Source: Guillardia theta CCMP2712 (taxonomy: Eukaryota > Protista > Cryptophyta). From it: a stretch of DNA of 64,000 nt. How positions within the stretch are numbered: position 1 is the stretch's first letter; each line of letters starts with the position of its first letter. Positions 1-11,973 of this stretch are shown here, piece after piece. The notes beneath the pieces were generated by a model that ran no database searches, was not told the DNA's origin, and saw only the letters and a program-made list of their open reading frames with translations. The translations under genes were made by a program, and so were the position numbers. The stretch covers positions 757,638-821,637 of the forward strand of contig NW_005434669.1 in assembly GCF_000315625.1 (NCBI RefSeq), read 5' to 3'.

Positions 1-601
1 GTTTGACGGGACGGACTGTGTGATGCTATCAGGAGAGACAGCCAACGGGAGCTTTCCGGACACAGCGGTGGAGACGATGGCGTCGATCGTAGCCAATGCT
101 GAGTTGGTCAACAATTTCTACGCCATCTTTGCTTTCATCCGAGATTTCACTCCCAAGGTGAGATTTTTTGATTGCCGCTTTTGCTTCTCACTCTTCTTCT
201 TCGCTTTTCCTTTCTTGGTCTTGATTCTTCAGCCATTCTCCACCAAGGAGTCAGCGGCTTCCAGCGCAGCACAAGCTTGCATTGATGGTCATGCAGACCT
301 TGTGATCGTCTTAAGCAAGTCCGCGGAGAGCGCAAACCTAGTCTGCAAGTATCGCCCTAGTGCGCCTGTGCTGGTTGTGTCTGCGGACGAGAAGATTGTC
401 CGGGGATCGTGCTCGCAGTTTGCCCAGTACGGGTTGTTGAAGAACGTCAAGGACATGTCGCTGGAGGACTTCAAGAAGTCCGGGGCTCTAGAGGAAGCAC
501 TTGCCTATGCTCGCGAGAGGAAGTTGATAGGAGACAAGAGCAAGGGGGTCGTGCTGGTGGCAGAGCAGAGCGAAAAGCATCTGATCGTCTCTCATGTTTG
601 A
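1..601 (+). CDS. PYK: Pyruvate kinase, 3' part (5' truncated by window); intron 158-232
   Basis: DGTDCVMLSGETANGSFP active-site motif and C-domain KYRPSAPVLVV. 75-nt GT-AG pyrimidine-rich in-frame intron. Confidence 0.93.
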   Translation, partial: FDGTDCVMLSGETANGSFPDTAVETMASIVANAELVNNFYAIFAFIRDFTPKVRFFDCRFCFSLFFFAFPFLVLILQPFSTKESAASSAAQACIDGHADLVIVLSKSAESANLVCKYRPSAPVLVVSADEKIVRGSCSQFAQYGLLKNVKDMSLEDFKKSGALEEALAYARERKLIGDKSKGVVLVAEQSEKHLIVSHV

Positions 602-678
602 GATCCAGATGTTTTCATGTTGCAAGCAAGCTGCTGTCTTGCTTTCTATTGTTTTTTTGGAACAAAATGTTTGTCATA

Positions 679-2534
679 TCAGAATTGCGACAACAGTTTC
701 TCCATGATCATTTGTCCCTTCCTCAGGTTGAGGATTCGAATCCTCTCATTGGGCAGGTGTGCGTTGTCCGACGCTTGTCCCATGGGCAAGTGAATTGCTG
801 GGGCCTTGAGCGTCTGCTCCAGGAAGGTCGTCACACCCCCGTAGCTTCCTCCTTCTCGCACCAGGATGGGTTCTATCCCCCACACCTCGCTCACTGCCTT
901 GGCTGCTTGCCGGAAGATGTTGTGGTCCGTGTTGCCCAGCCACCAGCCAGACGCCTGAAGGAAGACGACGGACAGCGAGTTGGTGGAGTTCCGCTGACGA
1001 AAGAAGTCGTGGAGATGTTTCCTTAGTGCCTCCTGCAGCTGCCCGATCTCCTGCTTGGGAACGAAGTGCAAGCTCAGGCGCCCGACCACAGCCTTGGGAA
1101 TCTTGCGGAAGACTTGAGAGCGGTTGGTGGTCTCGATGCTGCTGACGCTAATCCATGGCTCTGACCACCTTGACTTGAGGATTTCTTTCCTGTCCTCCGT
1201 GCGGAGCTTGGCGACTCCGATGCTCTTGCAGTAGCTGTCGATGTCGAGCTGCAGGGCGGTGTACCTCGCCTCTTCCTCCTCCGACACCGGCTGTAACCCA
1301 ACGAGCAGCTCCTTGACCTGCATCGCTTGTTAAGGAGGACGTGGAGGTTGCGGGAGGAAGGTGAAGTGAAGGATCAGGAGGAGGTTGGAGGGGAGGACGA
1401 GGAGGGAGAGACAGGGATACCGCCAGTCGTCCTTGTTGGTCCGTGAGAGAGGCAATGAGGGCGGTCAGGTCGTGCATTGGCTCGTTGACGGCTCCTCCGT
1501 CCACTCCCGAGTGCAGATCCTTGCTTGGTCCGGTGACCCAGAGCTCGAAGTCAATGACACCCTGGTAGAAGCGCTAAGGATGAGGAGAGAGAAACAGACA
1601 GGCGAGACGAGACGAGGGAGAGAGATGAGGGTATGTGTGTGGGGAGAAGAGAGCGACGAGAGAGGAGGGAGACTCGGGGAATGTGAACTACGGGGCGGCG
1701 AAGATGAACAGAAGCGAGGAGATAGCTTGAGACAAGGAGAAGGGCAAGGAAGATGAGGAAGAGGAAGAGGAAGAGGAAGGGGAAGAGGATAATAAGGAGG
1801 AATAATAGTGCATGAGGGGGAGAATAGCGGGATAGCAGGAGGAGACTGACCCGCATTCCGTAGGTCAGGCAAGGGCGCTGGTCGTCGATCCAGTAGTTGT
1901 TGCTGATGATGATGGCCCGGCAGTTGCCGAACCAGTGCATGTGGTCGACGATGATCTCCTCAAGGCCTCGCTCGGAGAGGCTCAGGCCGCTCTCTTCCTC
2001 CCCCTCGATCACAAACGTCACGTCCACCTTGAGCTCCCCCCTCTCCATCAGATTCTTCACTGCAAAGAACGACGCCAGCAGTGGGCCCTTGTTGTCCGAT
2101 ACTCCTCGTCCGTAAAGGTACCCGTCCCTCCCGCACAGAGTGAAGGGGTCCGAGTCCCAGTTTGATGGCTCCGCAAAGGCGACATCGTAGTGTCCATAGA
2201 TCAAGATGCTCTCCTTCCCGCCCCCTGCCTCCTCCTCCTCCTCCTTCATCTTCTGCTCCTCTTGCCTCGCTGCCTTCACGTTGCATGCAAACTTGGCGAG
2301 CACGCATGGCAGACGCGGATGTTTGCCAGAGGGAGCAACGAGCTTGACCTGTGCTCCGAGAAACTCCAGCGTGGTGGCGGCGAACCTTGCGGCGTGCCAG
2401 CAGTCCTCCTGCAAGTATCGACTGGAGCTGATGGAAGGGAGGGAGATAAAGTCCCGCAGGAGGTTGTAGAACGTGAGCTCATCATCGTCCACGTCACCCG
2501 CGTGAAATCGAAACTTCTTGCGCGCTGACAGGGT

Positions 2535-2582
<48 letters not shown>

Positions 2583-5500
2583 TCCTGCGCCTATTTCCTT
2601 ATCTTCTTCTCTTGGCCTCACCGCGTCTTCGCTCTCCTTGTCTGCATTCTTCCGCTTGCCTCCCACCCCGATGCCCAGAGCCTCCAGCACCTCCTGCGGC
2701 AGCTTGGAAGCATCTTGTGGGATAGCAGGAGCCTCTCCCTGCTCCTGCTCCTTCCTTGACACGAGCGAGCTGCCTCTCTGCTCCTTCCTTGCCCGCCTCA
2801 GGTCTGGGACGTTCCAGGAGACGATCCGCCCTGCGTCTGTGCCGCACATGATGACCGAGAGCGTCTCCTCTACCGACACGCAGTGCACGGGACCCCCGCC
2901 AGCCGAGAGCGTCTGTCCCACCCCATCAGAACAGACAAGAGGAGCAGCAGCTTCCCACACCTGCAGCACTCCGTAGCTCGAGCGGTCGATGATTTGGAGG
3001 AAACCGCTGGCATAGCCAGCGAGGAGGACGGAGGGAGTGACGGCGAGGGCGAGCACGTCGCTCTTGCCGGGGAGCGTTCGCTTGCAGGCCAGCAGGTCGA
3101 GATCCCAAACCCTGCGAGGAGGTCAGGGGCGACGACACTCTGCGCTCATACCTGATCGCCCCGTCCGTCGCTCCTGTGAACAAGGAGGAGGAGGAAGAGT
3201 CGGCCACTATCGCCATCACTGCTCCTCGATGCCCCGCAAGCGTCTTGATGAACCGCAACGTCGACTTGTGCCAGAGCTTCACCCGCCCGTCGCCTCCACC
3301 GCTGCAGATGAAGTCGCCGCAGGAGACAACACCGAAGACGAAGCCGCAGTGCGAGGAGACTCTTGTGACGCTCGACTCACAATGCGACTGACAGACTTCG
3401 AGCGAAGAATGGGGCTGCTTCCTCCCGTCGCTCTTGCTGCACTGCTGCTCAATTCTGCAGTGACGGATGGTCCTCAGACAAGCTCCGGCTTCTTTCATCT
3501 GCTCTTCCTTCAGACCCTGCGAGGCATCCCTGAATTTTATCCTCTCCTCCTCCTCCTCCTCCTCGCTCATCTCCCTCAGCAAGAATTGCAGTACGTCTCC
3601 CCTTCTCTGCCGCGTTGACTCTCCTCCTTCCTTCTCCTCTCCTCCTTCCCGCTGCCCCTCCCTCAGCGGGCATCTGTCTCTCAGGTCGAACGTCGCGCAC
3701 CTCACGGTCGCGTCCTGCGAACCAAGAAGGAGGAGGCCGTCGGAAGTCACTGCGAGCGAGAGGATGTGACCTACCGACGGGCAGCGGATCTTGCAGCGGA
3801 TGCTGATGCCATGCGCAGGTTGAGAGGCATCCCAGACCAGGAGGCTGTTGTTGGACACGGAGCTGAGCAGCCAGGGCCCTGTCTCTGCGAGACAGAGAGC
3901 GAGGATGCATCCGTTCTGCGGACTAGTACGGCTGAGAAACTGCCAAGTCTCGACATCGTAGACGCTGATGGCGCCTGTCTCGCCCCCGTCGCTTGAGAAC
4001 GCAAACTTGTTCTTCATGCAGACGGCAATGACTGAGCACTTGCTGCCGGAGTTGAGGACATGGATGGGATACCTCGCGGGCGTCTGCGGGCTCGGGCGCT
4101 CGTTTGGTCGGCTCATGTAGCTCTTTGCCCACGTCTGGTTCATCAGCGCAGCTTCGCGTCCTGCAGACCTCGGGCTGAACTCCATCTGCATGCTCTTCGC
4201 TCCATCCTGTTGGCTCCCAGGGTCAACACGGTCGCCGTCTTCTCGGGAGTCAACGGAGGAGTTGAGGGATAGGTCCTTCGCTCTCCTCGTGTTGAGGGGA
4301 ACCTTCCTGGAGTTGGAGGTGGAAGGTGACGACGATGACGTCACAGCGTGCAGGCCTGCCATGAAGCTCGACCTCGGGTTGCAGCCGCAACCAGGAGGAC
4401 AACCTTTGCCGTGCGCCTCCCCCATGCCGCCGCGGAGACTCTCAATCTTCATGACGTTCTTCATGTGATCCAAGAAGCTGATCGTCTTCCCTGGCGACGT
4501 CACCTCCTGCATTCCCGGTGCCTTGAACGAGTCGTCAATCTGAACTTGCAGGCCTGTGAACGGCTTCTCCGAGACAGGCTCCATCGTCTTGAGCTCCCCC
4601 AGCTCCGCCTCGCCCCCCAAGCTGCGAGAGCGATCGAAGAGGTTGTTCACTTTGATGGGCAGGTGAGTCATGATCTCAATCGTCCTCCTCGACGCGTCCG
4701 ACACCTCAAAGCCCAGGTCGTTGTACGTCCGCGGGGTAAGGAAAGCGTTCTCCAAGCCGCTCGTCCGACCAGAGAATCCAAGGGAAGGAGGCATGTCAAG
4801 AGAGGCATTGGGGCTCCGAGGTGTCCCGCTGGGAGAGCGGGAGAGGACAGGAAGGCTTCCGTTGCTCTGGCGAGGCATGCCAGCTCTGTCATGGCCGAAC
4901 TGCTCCAGCACCTCGTTGAGTTCGCTCGCCGCGTACTTTATCGACGTGTTGGCCTCTCCCTCCAGCATCACGGGAGCTAGCAGCACCTGCCGTAGAGGCG
5001 TGACGAGGACGATGTGATTCTTGGGCACGGGGATCCAATCGGCTCGCACGTTGGTCAAGGGCTCGGAGGTGATGATGACAACATCATCCCTTCGGTCCTC
5101 GTGCACCATCCTGTACTCCCTCAACGGCTCTTGCATCACCGCAGGGCACTTCTTCCCCTCCGGCATGTCGGGAGCTTCTGCAGGAGTCAGGGAAGGCTCG
5201 AAGCTCGTGCCGGAGGAGAAGTAGAGAGAGGCCGCAGGCACATTCTTGGTCCGGTTGATCACGTAGCGCGTCGCTGCCAGCGAGTTACCATCCGTCACCA
5301 CGAAGTTGAGGAGGGAGGTTTCGTTGACGTTGTGCCTCTCCAGAGCATCGCTGAGGGATTGGATCACCTTGGTCAGCTTCATCTTCATGTGCTGAGGGGA
5401 GATGGCGGCGTGCGGGTCGTCCAACTGATCGATAAAGAGTGCGAACGCAAGGGCGGAGTCGGAGGCGCTGTTGGCGATGCAGAAGTCATACGCGCACTGG

Positions 5501-5934
5501 CTCAGCGTGTCCATGAGCTCCCTCCGGATCTTCTTGAACCCTGCGACCTGCCCGTTGTGCATGAAGAGGAACCGCCCGTACTCGAAGGGATGGCAGGAGC
5601 AATGGCACACCCCCATGCCGGGACCGGCCGCGCGCACGTGGGCGAAGATGACGGAGGAGCGGACCTTGCAAGCGAGACGGTGGAGGTTGCGGTTGTGCCA
5701 TGCTGGTCCGACCTCAGTGAACACGCAGGGGGTCACGTCCTCGGAGTCGTCCTGGGAGTACCATCCCAGCCCGAACCCATCGGCATTGAGGTTGCCGAGG
5801 TCGTACACCTGTCCCCCAGACCCTCCCAGTCGCTCCCTCGCGTCAAAGGATTGTCTGATGACGCTCCTCGTGGGTCGCGTCACCACATCTGCAGCAAGTG
5901 TACTGTGGCCGAAGTATGCCGTTAGCCTGCACAT
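679..5934 (-). CDS. Fused glutathione-degradation protein: class II glutamine amidotransferase (Dug3-like) + WD40 + M20 peptidase domain (Dug2-like). Exons 5934-3152, 3111-1851, 1561-1421, 1317-679 (~1607 aa)
   Basis: N-terminal MCRL Ntn-cysteine; NADGFG, FAHVRAA, FMHNGQ, DSALAF motifs. WD40 repeats (GGGDGRVKLW; spliced GAIRVWD). M20 motifs YGHYDV, GRGVSDNKGP, EGEEESG, spliced YGMRG...DLHSGVDGG, DNAHLPNE. GT-AG introns restore the conserved motifs. Confidence 0.88.
2534..2588 (+). repeat. (CCTGCT)n hexamer repeat encoding a (Gly-Ala)n linker
   Basis: Tandem CCTGCT units, read as GAGAGA... in the minus-strand exon between the WD40 and M20 domains. Confidence 0.9.
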
Positions 5935-6720
5935 CTCAACTCCGGGGAGTCGAAGGAGCTGACTGCTTCCCCCCTGCTGTGACTGCTTTTCCCCTGTTTT
6001 CTTTATCAGGCCCCCACCCCTCTCACTGTTTGTCCTGAAACTCCTCGTCACTTCTATCTCTTGACCTCCCCTGTCAACTTCATCATCTTGTTGTATTCAC
6101 TTGCTCCTCCTCTCCTCCTCCTCTGCTGCTTCCCACCCCCTTCTCTCTCTTCCACCATTCTCTACTGCCACCCCCTTCGTTCCGCCCCCAGTTTCGCCCT
6201 CATCCCCGCACTGACACCATGCATTCTCAGCATGTCACTGAGCGTGTTTCACCGGGCCGAGCGGCCCGGACAATCTAAACGCCATTGACAATTGTGCCTT
6301 TAAATTCAAATTCCTCTTTTTGCTTATAAATATTTAATTTTCAATAGAATAGTTTCAAATTTTCCTCGTCGAGGCTTGTAAGAATTCCTTGGGTCATACC
6401 CCACCCTTGAAACCCTGGAGAAATGTAAGGGTGGTCATGAGAGGCCGCACCCTCTCAGCGGGTGGGGCGAGAGTTCTTTAGGCAATAATATAAAAGTATT
6501 TAAAGTTACCCCTCATCACCCCCTCAAACACTAATTGACTACCCACCATCTGGCTCCATACCCCCTCGCTAATTACCCCCTCTATTAAATTGCCTATTGC
6601 TCGCTTCCTACCACCCCCATGTCGATTACCCTCTTTATGGCTAAATAAAATGTGATAAAACTACCGGTAGTGTCTGAGATAGGCTGCCGTTCCATCGAAC
6701 TGGATCAGTGAAGGCCTCGC

Positions 6721-7905
6721 ATGCGCGTCCTTCTCCTCCTCCTCCTCGTTGCTCGCGAGGCCTCCGCCTTCGCTCCGACCCCACTCACATTCACCTCCTC
6801 TGCATCAACTAGGCTCTCTCTCCGTCAGCCAGCCTTGTCCGCGAGCCCCTCCCTGCTCGCAAGGAGTAAAAGATGCGTGATCCTCCCAAAGATGTCGGTG
6901 AGTGAGAACAAGGCAGTTTGCGCCCAATCTCTTGCAAGATCTCAATCAACTTGTTCTCATTTATACACTGTCTTCATTTGAAAACAGTTTCCACCAAAAA
7001 TCTCTGGGCTATCCTGTTGAGCTCATGATCTATTCAGGCTGACAACGACCTCGCCATGTTCTCCGGATTGGAGCAGCTCAAGTTTGACGATGAGGGGACC
7101 GATCGGGAGAACCTTTCTGTGGAAGGCTTGAAGGCGACCAAGGTGCATGATCCTTGCGATGCTGGCAGCTTGCAGAAGCTACTGCCTCCCGCTTACGAAC
7201 ATAATCTATGACTCCAGGTGACCGACAGTGAGCCGGCATTTGCGATTTTCGGGAACGACATGTCCAGTGGGGTTCAGAAGGTCGGTGTTCGTGTGCTGAA
7301 GAGAAAGTTCAGCATGTTCGTTGGGTAAGAATGCTACTATGTCTCTGCCATGAATCAATCTGGTCCAGGATTTTGTCTCAACCTCGTTCACCCTCCAAGC
7401 CTTGCTGGGCAGACACTTTGCGCACTCCCGCCGTGATGTTGGGCAAGGGCGGCAGGTCCGCAGCGAGTATTCCTTTACTCGTCATTTGACAATGCTCTTC
7501 ATCAGCGTCTACCGAACAGGAAGGGTGGGAACCAAGCTGAGTGAATACCTCGGCCCTGAAATCAAGTCCCAGTTGGTGAGTAGAAACAAGGCACGACAAG
7601 ATCTCTGACGCGTGCTGGTTCAGGGAAATGCCTATCCTCCTAAGTTTCAAGAGGGCGACGTCATCCACATGGAGCTTGATAGGGACAATCAGGTCAGATG
7701 AGACTGAGAAATTTGCTCCGTTGAAGCTTCGACAGGTGTTCAAGTGCTGGGTTAACAACGGAAAGCCTTTCGTGGTGAATGGAGTGGCAAAGAACTCCAA
7801 GTTCTTTGTCAACATGGAGGTTAATTGCTTGGGATTCATGACTGTCTTGCGTTGACTTTGTAACAGGGTAAGGAATCAGCTGTTGAACTGGTCAAGCTGG
7901 ATTAA
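6721..7905 (+). CDS. Plastid-targeted multi-exon protein with a probable SPRY/B30.2-like domain
   Basis: Signal peptide ending ASA-FAP plus an S/T/R-rich transit peptide. Spliced exons give FSMFVG...KFQEGDVIHMELDRDNQVFKCWVNNG, resembling SPRY. Several ~50-nt GT-AG introns. Confidence 0.6.
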
Positions 7906-8066
7906 GGCAGATTCCGACCATATGCTCGAAATTGCATGTTTTAACAGGATACATTACATTATGGCAAAAATGAAATCGACTTTCAAGTAATTGGATACCA
8001 TATGATTGCTCAATTTTCAAACTTTTCTTCTCATCGGTATGATGTACAGGCCGCAATTGAAGAACT

Positions 8067-10343
8067 TTATGAGCCGTATCCAATGGCAGAGGTAGCGCGT
8101 TGCTCATCACCTGCTTCATCTGAAGCAATATGAACATACCTGTGGCAATCAACCTTGAGCCGTAACCATGACATCGCACAAACAAGTACCACAGAGAAAT
8201 AGCTTTCATCAGCTCAGGCTTGTCGATGACACCATCTCCAATGACATCAGCATGATCCAAGACCCACTTTACCTCTTCGTCTCTGAAATCGAGTCATTCA
8301 TATCGAACAAAGACGAGGGGGAAATCAATTCACGTCGGCATGATGTTGTCATTCAGCTCCATCAAAAGCGTCTTGAGTTGATCCCGGTTGAGTGAACCAT
8401 CCCTACACTGAAATTCAATTGGGCGAAACAATCAAAGTACAACCGCGCTCACTTGTCCACATCGTGCTTCTCGAAAACTTCATCAATCACATCTCTGCTC
8501 TTTGAACGCTACAGTCAGATGCTCATGATTGTAGTATGTGATAGCTACTTCATTGTACGAGAGCCATGCCTCGGCTGCAGTAGTGAAATATTCCGGTCTG
8601 GAGGTATGTCAGCCTTGAGCGTTCTATGGGCTGGTGACTCACTCAAGCGACAGGAGCGTGTAATCTTGTTTCTTGCTAGCAGCAGCCATAGACATTACCC
8701 ACTTGACCTGAAATAGCCAACTTCACTTCAAATTCAAATCGTAGGGAGGATGGCAGAATCACCTCATGGTCAGAGACATCTCGTCCTTTGGAGATAGATG
8801 ACAACCACTGGCGAAGCTCGTCGTAGCTCAACGACCCTTGAAGCAAATCAGTGAATCGCGAGGTATCAAAGTCATGCAACCAGTTCCACTCTTGTTCCAG
8901 TTCAGCAAGACTTCTTTGACGAACTATTGAATGAAATTCAGCGAATTCCCATGTCACGATAACAAGCCATACTTGTTTGTGCTCTTGCTTACGGTCCACC
9001 AATTCTCGTTTCTTAGCCTTGAATCCGGTATCAACAACCAAAAATTGCAAGAGGCATAAAAGTTACAGATGATTTCTTCACAAGTGGATTGGTTTCGTGC
9101 AGTCCGAGGCTTGCAAACATGTGATTCACATCTCGATGGTTTGCCTGAATTCGCATGTCAACGTGTCGATAGACAAACACACAGAGCACACCTCATCAGC
9201 TCTGACCACAAGGAACAAATCTCGCATGGTAGCATCGGGTTTCATGTGCCAATAGTCAATCGCTATTTGTGGCGCACGCTGCCCGTAAAAGTACGTCATT
9301 AGGTCATGAAAACCAAGAGAAGCACTATACAGCATTTCGGAATGACGAAAGCCTCCCATCATCAATGGCATTGAGAATATCTGTGTACGTCTTAACAGCT
9401 TCTTCTTCGAGGTATCCGACGAATCTATGGCAAATCTTGGGATAGATCAGGTACGTGACGAAGAATAAGTTCATGAAGACTCCTTGTGTTCCAAGAACAG
9501 CCCATCGGAAAATCGGGCCAGGCTTCTTGATAGTGACAAAGGTAAGCAGGTGCATCCGCTCGTTCTCAGCTTCCTCCAGCAGTGTGTGAATCCAGCCATG
9601 ATCGCGAGTCATTGTCCTCAGAGACCTCAGATGGCGAAGCATCCCTCCTACCATCCCAGGTACTCCAGCCACTGTTTCAAGGAAGATTGCACGATTGATG
9701 ACCTTCGATTCAGTCAATTGTCCGATTTTATAGCCAGACAGTGTATCAAACATCCATCTAGCCGTTTGAACAGCACGATACGCGATCGAATCTGCCGTGT
9801 CTTTCGGATCCACGTGGGTTTTCTGAACAGCGTAGATCTCCTCCTCGGACCACACCTTGCAAATAACAAGTCAAAACGCAACCAATCAGGATAAGAAAGT
9901 TCTTGTTGGACTTACGGAATGCTGGAATGGATTGTCCCAGACATCCTTCTCTCCCGTGCTTACTTTCTTCACACCCAGTGAATGTCTGTTGGGAGTGACT
10001 TTGAAATGCACCTAGGACACGAGTTACAAGGGTTTCAAAGAGGAGAATGGCGATGAAAGGATACCATGTCATGAATGATTTCTGGACGAGGTGGAAGAGG
10101 GTTAGGCCCATGAACTTCCCGGACTTGAAGGGGACAACGCTTGTTCGCATGTTTGTTTCGTGGCGCGTTCAATACCGATCTCCCGCCCATATGTGTTGCA
10201 GCCATGGCGAAAACAGGGACGTGGATGGAGCGAGAAGCAGAGGCAATCCACATGCATGCACTGGAAGAAGGAGAAGCTGACGCACTAGCCTTCCGCAACG
10301 CATTGAGCGCGGCTACTCCCTTTTGAGGGCGACGCAGCAGCAT
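8067..10343 (-). CDS. AOX: Mitochondrial alternative oxidase with a C-terminal calmodulin-like EF-hand domain (multi-exon)
   Basis: Di-iron motifs LETVAGVPGMV, EEAENERMHL, LEEEAVKTY and spliced RADEANHRDVNH. R/S/A-rich presequence. Downstream exons carry EF loops NKSGTGSLSYDE, DVDKDGSLNRDQ, DVIGDGVIDKPE. Confidence 0.9.
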
Positions 10344-10935
10344 TGCGAATGAGGGGATGAGATGGGGGTAATCCACGAGGAAAGGAAGGGGTACAAGAAA
10401 GGAGGGTCGTAACACCTTAGAGGGGCCGTAGTGGGGTAGGGTCAGTGGTGGTGGGGTGGCACCACCTGTGGTATGTCCACAGCAGTTAAAATGGGGGGTA
10501 GTTGAAGGTATAATGTAGGGTGTGATTCAAGATGGGTGGGAGAAGTCCAGGTGGGGTAATAATTTGTGAAGGGGTGTAATGGCCTGCAAGCCACATTGGG
10601 GGTGGGGTGGAAGTTTCGAGGGTAGACGAAGGCATACGAGAGTGAGGGGTGGGGGGGGGGGGTGGGGCGGTACATTACACTGACAATGTCAGGGGTACTT
10701 GATTGTGTGGAGGAGGAGGACGAGGAGGTGGGGGTAGTATGTATGAGGGGTAGGGTTCTGTTCAGTAGTGAAACGACGAGTTTTCGGATAAGCGCTCACC
10801 GTCACCCTTCACTCAACGGCCGCCTCTGACTCCGGGGGCTCCCGAGGCCCGGGTCCCGGGGGCACACTGCCCGGCCGAGTCCGACCCCGGGTGCCGGCTG
10901 AGTGACTAAGTTAGGCAACTGGGCCGCGGCCCGGT

Positions 10936-11174
10936 CGGTGGGTCACTAAAGTTTCCGAGTTTCAGTCGGACTCGCGGGGCCCGGCCGCCCGACTCCCCGG
11001 CAGTCCGTGGCCGCGCCACTCAGCCTTCACGGTGCGGCAGCCTTCAGTGACCGTGACTGAGTCGCCAGAGGCCGAAGTTCAGTAGTCAGAGTCGGAAGTT
11101 ACAAGTTACTAATACCGTTAGGCGACCGTGGGCCGCCCGGTGGGTCACTAAAGTTTCCGAGTTTCAGTCGGACT
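10936..11174 (+). repeat. 37-bp exact direct repeat (10936-10972 and 11138-11174) in a GC island
   Basis: CGGTGGGTCACTAAAGTTTCCGAGTTTCAGTCGGACT occurs twice, 202 bp apart. Confidence 0.9.
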
Positions 11175-11195
11175 GTGCCATGTGACCATCACAGT

Positions 11196-11227
11196 CTTTA
11201 CTCAAAATTAAGTTAAAAATCAGTACG
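11196..11227 (+). repeat. Dispersed intergenic element, copy 1
   Basis: CTTTACTCAAAATTAAGTTAAAAATCAGTACG. Confidence 0.8.
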
Positions 11228-11973
11228 CGTGACTCCCGGAGAGTAGCAGTCGAGTCCGTCGCTCGGCGCCCCCTGCGGCGGCTCGTGGCCTTCGGAACTG
11301 GTGGGGGTGCCAGAAATTAACTCGTGGGTAAAATCAAGTTTTAAAGATGAAAGGGTTAGTACCAGGCAGGTACAAGTTCTTTCTTTACAATTGAGAAGTA
11401 AAGTCACCCTGCGGCCGGCGCTTTTTGGTTTTCAAATATTGGGGTTTCATTCCGGTACATCCATAAAATATCTTTGAAAAATTTAGAATTTACAATGATT
11501 CAAAGGAAGGTTCGAAATGTAACCGCGGCTTGCAAACACGCGCCCTGCTTGTCGTCGGTCTGAGCAAGAAGTAGCCGGAAGTTGATTTCGACATATTATT
11601 ATTATTACTATTATTATTGTATAATATTAGTACCAGTATACATTATATGGACAACCCCTACCCCTGCTTCCCCTCTGATGACCCACCCCTACTCCTTGTG
11701 CCCTTTTGCTCCTTCTATGGACCCCTTTTCCCACAAATAGGAACACATTACCACCGGTGTATTAGTATTCCACTGGGGGGGGGTGGGGTAGGAACGAGAA
11801 CAATCCAAAATCACGCCACTTTGGTACCCCTGCTCCACTCCCTTGCACCCCAGCCCCTTGCGCTTCCGCTGTCCCCCTCTCCCCCCGTCCTCCCGTCCTC
11901 CCGTCCTCGCCTCATTCTCGCTCCCTTTCGTGCTCGACTCTTCTAACTTCATAGACTTCTTGGTATCCATCAT

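Noticed and set aside
5935-6051. 39-codon N-terminal extension of the GATase ORF
   Set aside because: Starts at GTG. Ntn hydrolases need the Cys at position 2, so ATG 5934 is the start.
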